DNA of 64,000 nt from Faecousia sp. (GTDB lineage: Bacteria; Bacillota; Clostridia; Oscillospirales; Oscillospiraceae). The stretch's first letter is position 1, and the number at the start of each line of letters is the position of its first letter. Shown piece by piece: positions 10,126 through 20,191 of this stretch. The translations under genes were made by a program, and so were the position numbers. The stretch covers positions 15,480 to 79,479 of the forward strand of contig JAZSGS010000013.1 of NCBI GenBank assembly GCA_045532855.1. The letters are read 5' to 3'. The notes below the pieces were generated by a model. It was not told the DNA's origin. It saw nothing but the letters and a program-made list of their open reading frames with translations, and searched no databases.

Positions 10126-11505
10126 ATGAATTATCTTGGCGTAAATTACAATTACAAGCACGTTCCCAAGCTGGACCCGGAGTTTATCCCCTTCGGCGTG
10201 TGGATGGATGCTTATCAGAAGGATGCGACTGTTCCTGTCGCCATCGCAGTAGAGCGCAACGAAGGCTTTATTTCCGTGCGCAATGCAAAGATCCACGGCA
10301 CTGCCGAGATGGCGGCTGCGGACTATCGCTTTATTGAGCGTTATATGAAGTTCCTGCTGTGGTCCATCGGCGGTTTCCGTGTCTATATCTGCGGCTGCAG
10401 CGACATCGCAAAGAAGCTGCAGAAGGCGTACACCCCTGCCGGTGAGCGGGCTTTTGACTACGATTTCTTCCAGAAGCTGTATGAGCAGCCTCTGCAGATT
10501 TTGGATCTGCCGCTTTCTGAGTGCCCCGCTGCCAATGAGGCGCCCCGTCCCATCGGCGGTCATGTCAACGGCTGCCGTATCGGCTTTGATGCCGGCGGCT
10601 CTGACCGCAAAGTTTCCGCTGTCATCGACGGCGAAGTGGTCTACTCCGAAGAGGTGGTTTGGCTGCCTAAGGTCAATCCCGATCCCAACTATCAGTATGA
10701 GGGTATTCTGGATTCCTTCCGTACCGCTGCATCCAAGATGCCCCGGGTGGACGGCATTGGCGTTTCCTCTGCCGGCGTGTTTATCGGCAATGCGCCTATG
10801 ATCTCCAGCATCTTCTATTGCGTTCCCAGAGAGCGTTGGGACGAGGTCAAGACCGTATTTGACCGGGCTGCTGCTGAGATCGGTAATGTGCCCATCGTCG
10901 TTGCCAACGACGGCGACGTTTCCGCCCTGGCTGGCGCTATGGGTATGGATTGCGGCTGCATTATGGGCCTGGCTATGGGCACCAGTGAAGCTGTTGGCTA
11001 TGTGGACAAGGACAAGAATGTGCTGGGCTGGATCAGCGAGCTGGCATTCGCTCCCGTTGACCTGAACGAGAACGCTCTGGTGGACGAGTGGTCTACCGAC
11101 CTGGGCGTTGGCTGTAAGTATTTCAGCCAGGACGCCGTTATCAAGCTGGCTCCCAGAGCCGGTATCGAGATCGATCCCAGCCTGACTCCTGCTGAAAAGC
11201 TGAAGGTTGTCCAGGCTCTGATGGAGAAGGACGATCCTCGGGCACAGGCAGTGTTCTATGACATCGGCGTGTATTTGGCTTATGCTGTTCAGCAGTACGC
11301 CAAGTTCTATGACCTGAAGCGGATGATGGTGCTGGGCCGCGTGATGTCCGGTAAGGGCGGCGATACCATCCTGGCCACCTGTCAGAAGGTTTTGGCGGAC
11401 GAGTATCCCGAGCTGGCAAAGCAGATTACCGTTATGCTGCCCGATGAGAACACCCGTCGTGTTGGTCAGTCCGTTGCGGCTGCCAGCCTGCCGGATATTG
11501 GCTAA
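10126..11505 (+). CDS. ROK family protein (sugar kinase-like) with N-terminal extension
   Basis: IGFDAGGSDRK, GIGVSSAG, VANDGDVSALAG, GTSEAVG; RBS GAGGAGG before ATG at 10126. Confidence 0.78.
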   Translation: MNYLGVNYNYKHVPKLDPEFIPFGVWMDAYQKDATVPVAIAVERNEGFISVRNAKIHGTAEMAAADYRFIERYMKFLLWSIGGFRVYICGCSDIAKKLQKAYTPAGERAFDYDFFQKLYEQPLQILDLPLSECPAANEAPRPIGGHVNGCRIGFDAGGSDRKVSAVIDGEVVYSEEVVWLPKVNPDPNYQYEGILDSFRTAASKMPRVDGIGVSSAGVFIGNAPMISSIFYCVPRERWDEVKTVFDRAAAEIGNVPIVVANDGDVSALAGAMGMDCGCIMGLAMGTSEAVGYVDKDKNVLGWISELAFAPVDLNENALVDEWSTDLGVGCKYFSQDAVIKLAPRAGIEIDPSLTPAEKLKVVQALMEKDDPRAQAVFYDIGVYLAYAVQQYAKFYDLKRMMVLGRVMSGKGGDTILATCQKVLADEYPELAKQITVMLPDENTRRVGQSVAAASLPDIG

Positions 11506-11521
11506 GATAAAGGAGAAAGCT

Positions 11522-12652
11522 ATGTTTTTTAAGAATGCAAGAATCTTTTGCTCGGATTTCCGGTTTCATATTGGCGCATTTGAGGTAAAAGACGGCGTAT
11601 TTGGTAAAATTCTGCCCCAGGAAGTGCCGGAGGATGCCATTGACCTGCACGGCGCAACGGTAATTCCCGGCTTGGTGGACGCCCATATCCACGGCGCTGC
11701 CGGCGCAGACTTTTCTGACGGCGATTACGAAGGCCTGCAGAAGATGGCAAAGCATTTGGCCACCTGCGGCGTTACCTCCTTCGCGCCTACCTCTATGACA
11801 CTGCCCTACGATGTGCTGGCAAAGGCTTACGCAACTGCGCAGAAAATCGTAGAGGAAGCACCCGAGGGCTGTGCCCGGGTGCTGGGCATCCATATGGAAG
11901 GCCCCTACTTCTCTGAGAAGAAGAAGGGCGCGCAGAATGGCGCATATCTGAAAACCCCGGACTTTGCGGGTTTCAAGAAGCTGTATGACGGCTGCAATGG
12001 CTTGATCCGCATTGCGGATGTGGCTCCGGAGCTGCCCGGCGCTGCAGAATTTGTGGAGCAGGCAAGTAAGCTGTGCACCGTATCCGTTGCCCACACCGAT
12101 TCTGATTACGATCACGCCAAGACCGCTTTTGGCTTGGGCGCAACCCATATGACACATATGTACAACGGTATGCCCGGCATCCACCACAGAAACCCCGGTG
12201 TGATTCCTGCTGCAGCAGAAAATCCCCACGTTCGGGCGGAGCTGATCTGCGACGGCCTGCATATCCATCCTGCGGCTGTACGGCTGGCATTCCAGATCTT
12301 CGGCGGCGCAAGAATGGTGCTGATCTCCGATGCGCTGCGCTGCTGCGGTATGCCGGAGGGCGAGCTGGAGCTGGGCGGACAGATGGCTTACTTAAAGGGC
12401 GGCGTTGCCCGCTTGGCTGACGGCACCATTGCCGGCGCAGCTACCAATCTGTTTGACGGTATGCGCAATGCGATCCTGTTCGGTATTCCGGAAGAGGATG
12501 CTGTTCGCGCTGCAACTGCAAACCCCGCTGCTGCATTGGGTGCAACTGACCGGGTTGGCTCTATTGCCACCGGTAAGCAGGCAGACTTCATCATCTGCCG
12601 CGGTGATTACACCGGCAAGCGCGTCTTCCTTGGCGGCAAGGAAATTCAGTAA
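11522..12652 (+). CDS. nagA: N-acetylglucosamine-6-phosphate deacetylase
   Basis: PGLVDAHIHG, HMEGPY, THMYNGM, ICDGLH, ISDA. Confidence 0.92.
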   Translation: MFFKNARIFCSDFRFHIGAFEVKDGVFGKILPQEVPEDAIDLHGATVIPGLVDAHIHGAAGADFSDGDYEGLQKMAKHLATCGVTSFAPTSMTLPYDVLAKAYATAQKIVEEAPEGCARVLGIHMEGPYFSEKKKGAQNGAYLKTPDFAGFKKLYDGCNGLIRIADVAPELPGAAEFVEQASKLCTVSVAHTDSDYDHAKTAFGLGATHMTHMYNGMPGIHHRNPGVIPAAAENPHVRAELICDGLHIHPAAVRLAFQIFGGARMVLISDALRCCGMPEGELELGGQMAYLKGGVARLADGTIAGAATNLFDGMRNAILFGIPEEDAVRAATANPAAALGATDRVGSIATGKQADFIICRGDYTGKRVFLGGKEIQ

Positions 12653-12656
12653 ATGT

Positions 12657-12687
12657 GAACCCCGGGATGTGAAAACATCCCGGGGTT
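12657..12687. terminator. Hairpin after nagA
   Basis: AACCCCGGGATGT-GAAA-ACATCCCGGGGTT. Confidence 0.7.
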
Positions 12688-12696
12688 ATGCGTATT

Positions 12697-12807
12697 CTTG
12701 GCCCTTTCTTTGAGGGGGCAGTCAGAAATCTTTGATTTCTGACTGGGGGAGTAAACTCCCTCCGACTTCGCTGTCGCTCAGCCACCTCCCTCAAGGAGGG
12801 AGGCAAG
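12697..12807 (-). repeat. Repeat family A, copy 2
   Basis: CTTGGCCCTTTCTTTGAGGGGGC...CACCTCCCTCAAGGAGGGAGGCAAG, between convergent genes. Confidence 0.9.
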
Positions 12808-12822
12808 GGCTAGCGGCTTTTA

Positions 12823-13830
12823 TTACTTCCCAAATGCTTTTGCAGCTCGTTTCAGCATTTGGCGAATGGGCAGATTATAGGGGCAGCGGGTTTCGCAAAC
12901 GCCACAACCGGTGCAATCAGCGGCGGTTTTTGCAAAACCGGCATACCGTGTTCGCGCCCAATCCTCCAAGCCATAGCGGGACAGGTAGCCCTCCATCAGG
13001 AAAACGCCGCTGATGGGAATTCCGGCGGTGCAGGGAGCGCAGTAATTGCAACGGCGGCAGAATTGAGTACCCAAGCTGTGGCGAATGGATTGGATTTTTT
13101 GAAGCTCATCATCTCGCAGCGGTGAATCATCGTTGACCGCGGCGATGTTCTGCGCCAGCTCCGCTTCCTCTGCCATACCGGGGATCACCACAGAAATATG
13201 GGGATTTTGCATCACAAAGCGCAGCGCCAGCGTAGCATCGTCGATGGCGCCGCCGGCCAACGGCTTCATACAAATAAAACCGATGTTTTTCTCCGTACAG
13301 CGACGAATCAAGTCTTCGCCCTGAGTTTCCACAATGTTGTAGGGGAACATAATGGTTTCCACCCAATCCAATTCCAGAGCCGCCTGGAAAACCTCCAATG
13401 TATGCACAGTTACGCCCAAATGTCCGATTTTGCCGGCAGCTTTTGCTTTCTGCAATGCTTCTACTGCGCCACCGGGAGTGCATACTTTCTCCAAATCCCC
13501 GAGGTTGGGATTGTGGATCTGATAGAGGTCGATATGATCGGTGCGAAGATTATGTAAACTAATATCAATATCCCGCGCCATATTTTCCCGATCCCGGGAC
13601 ATACTCTTGGTGGCGAGGACGAAATGCTCCCGGATCCCCTCCAGAGCGAAGCCCAAATATTCTTCGCTGACAGTATAGCCCCGGGCGGTGTCGATATAGT
13701 TGATGCCGGCGTCCAAAAGCTTTTGCATCAGCTTTTTTGTGCCTTGGGCATCAATTTTCTGAATGGGAATACCGCCAAAGCCCATACGGGAGATATTCAG
13801 CCCGGTTTTGCCCAAAATATTATATTCCAT
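12823..13830 (-). CDS. Aldo/keto reductase with C-terminal 4Fe-4S dicluster domain
   Basis: IDTARGY, IDLYQIH, MKPLAGG; CRRCNYCAPC and CTGCGVCETRCP. Confidence 0.9.
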   Translation of the reverse strand: MEYNILGKTGLNISRMGFGGIPIQKIDAQGTKKLMQKLLDAGINYIDTARGYTVSEEYLGFALEGIREHFVLATKSMSRDRENMARDIDISLHNLRTDHIDLYQIHNPNLGDLEKVCTPGGAVEALQKAKAAGKIGHLGVTVHTLEVFQAALELDWVETIMFPYNIVETQGEDLIRRCTEKNIGFICMKPLAGGAIDDATLALRFVMQNPHISVVIPGMAEEAELAQNIAAVNDDSPLRDDELQKIQSIRHSLGTQFCRRCNYCAPCTAGIPISGVFLMEGYLSRYGLEDWARTRYAGFAKTAADCTGCGVCETRCPYNLPIRQMLKRAAKAFGK

Positions 13831-13878
13831 AGTTGTTCCTCCAAAAACGCTCCTGCTGTAGCAGGTGCGTTTTTTGTA

Positions 13879-15165
13879 TTATACCTTGGCCAGAGCCTGT
13901 TCCAGGTCGGCAATCAGGTCTTCGGCATTTTCCAAGCCGCAGCTGAAGCGGATCAGGTCGGGGCTGACACCGGCAGCCTCCAGCTCCGCATCGGTCATCT
14001 GACGGTGAGTAGCGGAAGCGGGGTGCAGGCAGCAGGTGCGGGAATCTGCCACGTGGGTTTCGATAGAGCCCAGCTCCAAATGCTTCATAAAGGTTTCCGC
14101 AGCCTTTCTGCCACCCTTCAAACCGAAGGAGATGACGCCGCAGGAGCCGTTGGGCAAATACTTCTGCGCCAGGGCATAATCCTTGTCGCCTTCAAGACCG
14201 CAGTACTTGATCCAAGCCACCTTTTCGTGGCCTGCCAGATACTGGGCAATGGTCTGGGCGTTGGAGCAGTGCTGCTTCATACGGAAAGGCAGGCTTTCCA
14301 ATCCCAAATTCAGATAGTATGCGCTCTGAGGAGATTGGACAGAGCCCAAATCCCGCATCAGCTGGGCGGTACACTTGGTGATGAATGCGCCCTCGATGCC
14401 AAACCGCTCCGTGTAGGTTACGCCGTGATAGCTGTCGTCCGGAGTGCAAAGACCGGGGAATTTGTCCGGATACTTGGTCCAGTCAAACTTGCCGCTGTCT
14501 ACGATACAGCCGCCGACGGCGCTGGCATGGCCGTCCATATACTTGGTGGTGGAGTGAATGACGATGTCTGCACCCCACTCAATGGGACGGCAGTTAATGG
14601 GTGTGGCAAAGGTGTTGTCCACAACCAAAGGAACGCCGTGGGCGTGAGCGGCAGCGGCAAACTTTTCGATGTCCAGCACTGCCAGTGCTGGATTGGCGAT
14701 GGTTTCGCCGAATACGGCCTTGGTGTTGGGCTTGAATGCGGCATTCAGATCTTCTTCCGTGCAGTCGGGGCTGACGAAGGTGGTTTCGATGCCCATACGC
14801 TTCATCGTAACTGCCAGCAGGTTGTAGCTGCCGCCGTAAATGGCAGAGCTGGCAACGATATGATCACCGCAGGAGGCGATGTTGAACAGAGTGAAGAAAG
14901 TGGCAGCCTGACCGGAGCCGGTGAGCATAGCGGCAGTGCCGCCCTCCAAAGCAGCGATTCTTGCAGCAACAAGATCGCAGGTGGGATTCGCCAAACGGGA
15001 ATAGAAGTAACCGGAAGCCTCCAGGTCAAACAGCTTACCCATATCCTCAGAGGTGGCATATTTGAATGTGGTGCTCTGATAAATGGGGATCTGCCGGGGC
15101 TCGCCGTTCTTGGGGCTATAGCCAGCCTGGATACACAAGGTTTCCAGATGTAATTTCTTGTCCAT
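13879..15165 (-). CDS. metY: O-acetylhomoserine sulfhydrylase (O-acetylhomoserine aminocarboxypropyltransferase/cysteine synthase)
   Basis: PIYQST, YSRLANPT, VDNTFATP, HSTTKY (PLP Lys), HPASATH. Confidence 0.88.
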   Translation of the reverse strand: MDKKLHLETLCIQAGYSPKNGEPRQIPIYQSTTFKYATSEDMGKLFDLEASGYFYSRLANPTCDLVAARIAALEGGTAAMLTGSGQAATFFTLFNIASCGDHIVASSAIYGGSYNLLAVTMKRMGIETTFVSPDCTEEDLNAAFKPNTKAVFGETIANPALAVLDIEKFAAAAHAHGVPLVVDNTFATPINCRPIEWGADIVIHSTTKYMDGHASAVGGCIVDSGKFDWTKYPDKFPGLCTPDDSYHGVTYTERFGIEGAFITKCTAQLMRDLGSVQSPQSAYYLNLGLESLPFRMKQHCSNAQTIAQYLAGHEKVAWIKYCGLEGDKDYALAQKYLPNGSCGVISFGLKGGRKAAETFMKHLELGSIETHVADSRTCCLHPASATHRQMTDAELEAAGVSPDLIRFSCGLENAEDLIADLEQALAKV

Positions 15166-15195
15166 AGGGATCACCTCAAAAGTAGAATTAGGGAT

Positions 15196-15224
15196 ATTGT
15201 ACGCCTTTCGGTGAAAAATGTCAA
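15196..15224 (-). promoter_or_regulatory. Sigma-A promoter for metY
   Basis: Minus strand TTGACA-17 bp-TACAAT. Confidence 0.7.
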
Positions 15225-15234
15225 CCGCGGCGGC

Positions 15235-16800
15235 TTATTTCATTTCGGCTGCGCACTTTTGCGCCTCCAGCGCGGCTTTATAGCGTACCATATAGTTTTC
15301 AAAACCGGCAACACCCTTAGGATCGGGATCGATACGGCTGCCCTTGGCATTGGAGAAGACCTTGTTTTGCAGGTAATCTTCCAGGGCTTCACCAGCCTGG
15401 TGCTTTTGCATATAGGCTGCCAGCAGCGCCATACCCCAAGGACCGCCCTCGCCGGCGGTTTCCATTGTGGTAATGGGCACATTCAGCGCGTCAGCCAGGA
15501 TCTGCTGACCGACCACCGGGGTTTTGAAGAAGCCGCCGTGTCCCATCAGCCGGTCGGTTTCCACCTGCTCCTTTTCAGCCAGCATATCCATACCCAGCTT
15601 CAAGGTGGCGATTGCGCCATAGAGCTGAGAACGCATAAAGTTTGCGATGCTCAGCTTGCTTTCCGGCAGACGAACCACCATAGGACGGCCGGTTTCCGTG
15701 CCGGACATAGGCTCGCCTGCAAAATAGTTGAAGGAAATGATACCGTCGCAGTCGGGATCCCCCTCCAGCGCCTTTTGGAAGAGGGTGGCATACAGGGTGT
15801 TCATATCCACCGGCCAGCCCATGGTATGGGCGGCGTCGGCGATCAGCTTTACCCAGGCGTCGATCTCCGAGGTGCAGGTGTTGGTGTGGGCCATAGCAAC
15901 GGTCTTGCCGGCAGGGGTGCAGGCTACATCAATTTCGGTGTAGTAGCCCTTCATGGGCTTGTCCAGCACCAAAAGGGAAAAGGAGGAGGTGCCGGCGGAA
16001 ACGCTGCCGGTACGGGGCGCAACGGCATTGGTAGCAACCATACCGGTGCCGGCATCGCCCTCAGGCGGACACATAGGAATTCCGGCTTCCAGGATGCCGG
16101 TTTCGTCCAGCAAAGCCGCGCCGGCTGCCGTCAGACAGCCTGCCTGGGTGTCTGCCTGATAGATGGTAGGCAGAATTTGCTCCAAGGTCCAGGGCAGATC
16201 CCGGATCAGTTCATTAAACTGGGCAACCCGGACGGGATCAAAATTCTTCGTTTCCTCGTCATAGGGGAACATTCCGGAGGCTTCGCATACACCGGTTGCC
16301 CACACGCCGGTAAGCAAGTAGTGGATATAGCCACTGAGGGTGGTCAGCCGGGCGATGTCCTTAATATGGGCTTCTTGATTCAGAATCGCCTGATACAGAT
16401 GGGCGATGCTCCAGCGCTGGGGGATATTGAATTTGAAAAGCTCTGTCAGCTTTTCGGCGGCAGGACCGGTGATGGTGTTACGCCATGTGCGGAAGGGAGC
16501 AAGCTGCTTACCGTCCTTGTCAAAGACCAGGTAGCCGTGCATCATACCGGAAATGCCGATGGCGGCAACCCGGCGCAGCTTCTCGCCGAATTTCGCCTCC
16601 ACCTGATCCCGCAGCTCTGCATAGCAGGCCCGGATACCTTCCACGGCGGATTCCAGGGGATACACCCAAACGCCGTTTTCCAAACTGTTTTGCCAGGAAT
16701 AGGCGCCGGACGCCAGAACTTGATGGTTTTCGTCGATCAAAACGGCTTTGATCCGGGTAGAGCCCAGCTCAATGCCGATCACAGCAGATTGTAGATCCAT
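15235..16800 (-). CDS. FGGY-family pentulose kinase (AraB-like/xylulokinase-like)
   Basis: GIELGSTRIKA, GISGMMHG, PFRTWRN, PPEGDAGTG, HGGFFK. Confidence 0.85.
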   Translation of the reverse strand: MDLQSAVIGIELGSTRIKAVLIDENHQVLASGAYSWQNSLENGVWVYPLESAVEGIRACYAELRDQVEAKFGEKLRRVAAIGISGMMHGYLVFDKDGKQLAPFRTWRNTITGPAAEKLTELFKFNIPQRWSIAHLYQAILNQEAHIKDIARLTTLSGYIHYLLTGVWATGVCEASGMFPYDEETKNFDPVRVAQFNELIRDLPWTLEQILPTIYQADTQAGCLTAAGAALLDETGILEAGIPMCPPEGDAGTGMVATNAVAPRTGSVSAGTSSFSLLVLDKPMKGYYTEIDVACTPAGKTVAMAHTNTCTSEIDAWVKLIADAAHTMGWPVDMNTLYATLFQKALEGDPDCDGIISFNYFAGEPMSGTETGRPMVVRLPESKLSIANFMRSQLYGAIATLKLGMDMLAEKEQVETDRLMGHGGFFKTPVVGQQILADALNVPITTMETAGEGGPWGMALLAAYMQKHQAGEALEDYLQNKVFSNAKGSRIDPDPKGVAGFENYMVRYKAALEAQKCAAEMK

Positions 16801-16858
16801 AATAAAATCTCCTTAAAAAATTATGAGCCGATGGGAACACCGGCTCATAATGAAAGTG

Positions 16859-18118
16859 TTAGATCTTCTTGGCGTTTGCCAGCAGGTACTTTTCTGCTTC
16901 GGGGTTCCACAGATTGTTGTTCGCCTTGCACAGACGGTCCAGCTCAGCGAACATAGGATCAGTCTTGCCCTTCTCCTCAAACTCGGAGATAGCGGTCAGA
17001 GGCAGATCCAGGTGGTTGTAGATCAGCTTCTTGCCACCGGGGATACTGGGCAGGTTCAGAACGGTATCAACAACAGCATTCAGGCCGCCGATATGGGTAA
17101 CCAGAGCAGAGGGGTTCAGCTTGCCGGCGTTCATCATAGCGATGGCTTCCTGCATATCGTGGGTGTTACCGCCGGAGGTGCCAACTACGTGGGTGTACAG
17201 ATAGTGGACATTGTACCAGTTGAAGGGGGCCTTGAACTGAGGGTCGGTAGGACCGGCAAAGAAGTTCAGGCAGCCGTCGAAGCCCAGAATGTCGTCAGCC
17301 TGCTCGATAACGGGCTTAACGGGGGCGAAGCAGACAACGTCATCGTAACCGGTGCCGCCAGTCAGGCTGCGCAGGTACTCGGTGGCGTTCTCCATACGGG
17401 TGTTGACGTAGTGCAGCTCGATGCCGTACTTGGCAGCCTCTTCTACGGTGTAGATGGAAGCAGCGCGCTCCAGTCTGGCGTCATCGATGTCGGTAATAAC
17501 CAGCAGAGAGGGACGGCGATCGCAGTGGATAGCGTAGTCGATAGCAGCCAGGCCCATAGGACCGACGGATGCCAGCAGAGCCATCTTACCACCCTCCTTA
17601 ATGCCCATTTCGTGGACATAGGAACCGGCCTTGGTGTGGTACATTGCGTGGAAAGTACCGATAACGCAGCTCAGAGGCTCAGCCAGAGAGCCGTAGTAGT
17701 AAGTGTCGGAATCGTAGGGCAGCAGGCAGTTTTCCAGCAGAGTTTCGATGGGGATGTTAGCATACTGGGTATTGCCGCCGCAGTAGCTGTAGGAATAGCC
17801 GGGAGCCATCTGGCTGCCATTGTGGAAGTGAGCGGGCTGGATGGAGAACTTGTCGCCAACCTTATATTTGTGTGCCCAGTTTTCGCCTACGGCAACGATA
17901 TCACCGCAGAATTCGTGGCCAACGATGGTGGGATTCTCAGCAACATCATTGGGGATACGCTTGTGATCCTCGCCTTCCAGTGCTGCCTTGTAGGTAGACA
18001 TACAAGCGGAGTCACAGATAACACGGACCTGAACATCGTCAGGACCAACCTGGGGCAGAGTAATCTCGTCCAGACGCAGGTCGTTCTTACCGTGGATTCT
18101 TACTGCTTTTGTATTCAT
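16859..18118 (-). CDS. Zinc-binding dehydrogenase, L-sorbose-1-phosphate reductase (SorE)-like
   Basis: CDSACMSTYK, GHEF, PGYSY, SLAEPLSCVIG, GPMGL, GTSGG, THIGGL. Confidence 0.8.
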   Translation of the reverse strand: MNTKAVRIHGKNDLRLDEITLPQVGPDDVQVRVICDSACMSTYKAALEGEDHKRIPNDVAENPTIVGHEFCGDIVAVGENWAHKYKVGDKFSIQPAHFHNGSQMAPGYSYSYCGGNTQYANIPIETLLENCLLPYDSDTYYYGSLAEPLSCVIGTFHAMYHTKAGSYVHEMGIKEGGKMALLASVGPMGLAAIDYAIHCDRRPSLLVITDIDDARLERAASIYTVEEAAKYGIELHYVNTRMENATEYLRSLTGGTGYDDVVCFAPVKPVIEQADDILGFDGCLNFFAGPTDPQFKAPFNWYNVHYLYTHVVGTSGGNTHDMQEAIAMMNAGKLNPSALVTHIGGLNAVVDTVLNLPSIPGGKKLIYNHLDLPLTAISEFEEKGKTDPMFAELDRLCKANNNLWNPEAEKYLLANAKKI

Positions 18119-18134
18119 AAAAACATTCCTCCTG

Positions 18135-19289
18135 TTACTTTGTTTCGTGTTCAATGAGTTTCCAGGTTGCGTCGATCAGGTTCTTGAACATGGGGTTCTC
18201 CATAGCCTTGATCACGAAGCTCTGGCGGGGAGAATTGATATCCTCGCCGGAGATCTGGAACATACCGTACTGATCGCAAAGACCTCTCAGCCGTTCCAGC
18301 TGTGCCTGGGTGTTACGGGTGGGCATATAGGTAACAGCTTTAACGCCCTCTTCCTTCAGACATTCAAAAACGTCGTCCAGATAGTCGTCCTCAAACTTCT
18401 GCGCCTTCTTGTCGCCGGTAACGCTGTCGCCAACGTCGCCCAAGTAGGCGTAGCACAGAAAAGCGTCTACATCAGCGCAAAGCTTGACCATATCGGGCAG
18501 CTTGGGGCACTCGTCGGTGGCATCGATGAAGATCTGAGGCACGAACGCGCCCTTGAGAATGCCCAGCAGGTCATACTCGTAGAAGGGATACGCGGTGTCC
18601 ATCATCTGATCGACCTGCTTGGAAGACAGACTCAGACCCATATCAGAAAGTTTCTTGACCATTGCTTCGCCCTTGCCCACCTGAGCCACCAGCTTCTTCG
18701 CCAGGGCGTACATCAGATGGCGCTCGGTTACGCCGCCATTGTCAGCCGCTTCGGAAAGGGGCAGAACATCACGATCGTAATCAAGCGCGATGCCGGGCAG
18801 CAGTGCGTTGATCTTTTCGATCATCTTGCGATTGCGCTGATGGCGGGCTGCCTGGTAGGGACGGAAGAACTCGGTCAGAGTTGCGATCTTATCGTGGGGA
18901 ACGGACTGGATGGTCATATAGCTGACGCCCACCTGGTCGGGGTTATTGGTGCGGCGACCTTCCAGACGGGTGCCATCCATAGAAACGCGGCACTCCATAC
19001 CGATGGTTACGGGCATATCCACCAGCTTTGCAGCTTCCAGAAACTCCTCAGCGCCGGAAATGGAATCGTGGTCGATAATACCGGCGGTGCAAAGGCCCTC
19101 CATCCGGGCGGCATAGACCGCAGCGGTGGGAGAATAGGGGGAGAAGGAGTAGGTGGTGTGAATGTGGTTATTGATGTACTCCGGTACGGCAGGGGGGAAA
19201 GTGGTGGTTTTCAGCACTTCGGCAAGGTTTGCCAGCCGCGCTGCCTTGGTAGGAGCATTCAGCTTGTTCAGAATGTCAATATTGATCAT
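18135..19289 (-). CDS. PHP-domain metallo-phosphoesterase-like protein
   Basis: NNHIHTTYS, GIIDHD, GME motifs. Confidence 0.75.
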   Translation of the reverse strand: MINIDILNKLNAPTKAARLANLAEVLKTTTFPPAVPEYINNHIHTTYSFSPYSPTAAVYAARMEGLCTAGIIDHDSISGAEEFLEAAKLVDMPVTIGMECRVSMDGTRLEGRRTNNPDQVGVSYMTIQSVPHDKIATLTEFFRPYQAARHQRNRKMIEKINALLPGIALDYDRDVLPLSEAADNGGVTERHLMYALAKKLVAQVGKGEAMVKKLSDMGLSLSSKQVDQMMDTAYPFYEYDLLGILKGAFVPQIFIDATDECPKLPDMVKLCADVDAFLCYAYLGDVGDSVTGDKKAQKFEDDYLDDVFECLKEEGVKAVTYMPTRNTQAQLERLRGLCDQYGMFQISGEDINSPRQSFVIKAMENPMFKNLIDATWKLIEHETK

Positions 19290-19300
19290 AGCGCGTTACC

Positions 19301-20179
19301 TCAGCTGAGCATGATCTGACCGCCGGTTACGGGGATCGCCTGGCCGGTTTCGTACTTCTGCTCGCAGCAGTACATAACGGCACGGGCAACGTCAATGGGC
19401 AGGCAGCCGCGGTTCATAGGAACCAGGGACTCGTAGTAGCGGCGAACATCTTCTACCGTCTTTGCGCCGGGAACCTTGCCGGCCTGCAGGTACTGAACGA
19501 ACAGACCTCTCTCGGGATCGCTCCACAGAGGACCGTCCAGATAGTTGCCGGGGCAAACTGCGTTAACCTTGATGTTGTAAACGCACAGTTCCTTTGCCCA
19601 GCTCTGCACCAGACCGATGCCGCCGAACTTGGAGCCTGCGTAAGCAAAATTCTTGTTAGAGCCCTCCAGGCCGGACTTGGAGGAGATGGTTACGATGTCG
19701 AAGGTAGCCTGGGGATCTGCCTCGTGCTGAGCCTCCATAATGATGGCGGCGTACTTGCAGGTCAGGAACAGACCGGTGTAGTTGATGGCGGTAACGAACT
19801 CAAAGTCCTTCTTCTCGAACTCCGCGATAGGACCGCTGCGGACAACGCCGGCGTTGGCCACCATCAGATCCAGACCGCCGAACTTCTCAACTGTCTGCGC
19901 CACCAGATTGGCAACGCTGTCCTCGTCGGAAACATTGACGGAGATGGCGCAGGCGCGATCGCCCATTTCAGCAGCGACCTGCTCAGCCAGAGTCTGGTTC
20001 ATATCGGCGATGATGATGGTTGCACCTTCCTTGTACAGCTCTTCAGCGATGCCCTTGCCGAAGCCCTGAGCAGCGCCGGTAACAATGGTGATCTTACCTG
20101 CCAGACGGCCTTGGCCTGCGGGACGGTTATGGATGTTCTGCTTGGCAAGTTCCTGCCACTTTGTCATATCTACGCTCAT
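19301..20179 (-). CDS. SDR oxidoreductase, sorbitol-6-phosphate 2-dehydrogenase (SrlD/SorD)-like
   Basis: TGAAQGFG, NAG, SKSG..GSNKNFAYAGSKFGG, CPGN. Confidence 0.82.
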   Translation of the reverse strand: MSVDMTKWQELAKQNIHNRPAGQGRLAGKITIVTGAAQGFGKGIAEELYKEGATIIIADMNQTLAEQVAAEMGDRACAISVNVSDEDSVANLVAQTVEKFGGLDLMVANAGVVRSGPIAEFEKKDFEFVTAINYTGLFLTCKYAAIIMEAQHEADPQATFDIVTISSKSGLEGSNKNFAYAGSKFGGIGLVQSWAKELCVYNIKVNAVCPGNYLDGPLWSDPERGLFVQYLQAGKVPGAKTVEDVRRYYESLVPMNRGCLPIDVARAVMYCCEQKYETGQAIPVTGGQIMLS

Positions 20180-20191
20180 AATGATCTCTCC

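Noticed and set aside
12591-12806. Short ORFs starting MPPSLREVA (also 32759-33064)
   Set aside because: Translations of repeat family A, not genes
15166-15234. SAM riboswitch or Met T-box upstream of metY
   Set aside because: The promoter is only about 30 bp from the start codon; no room or motifs for a riboswitch
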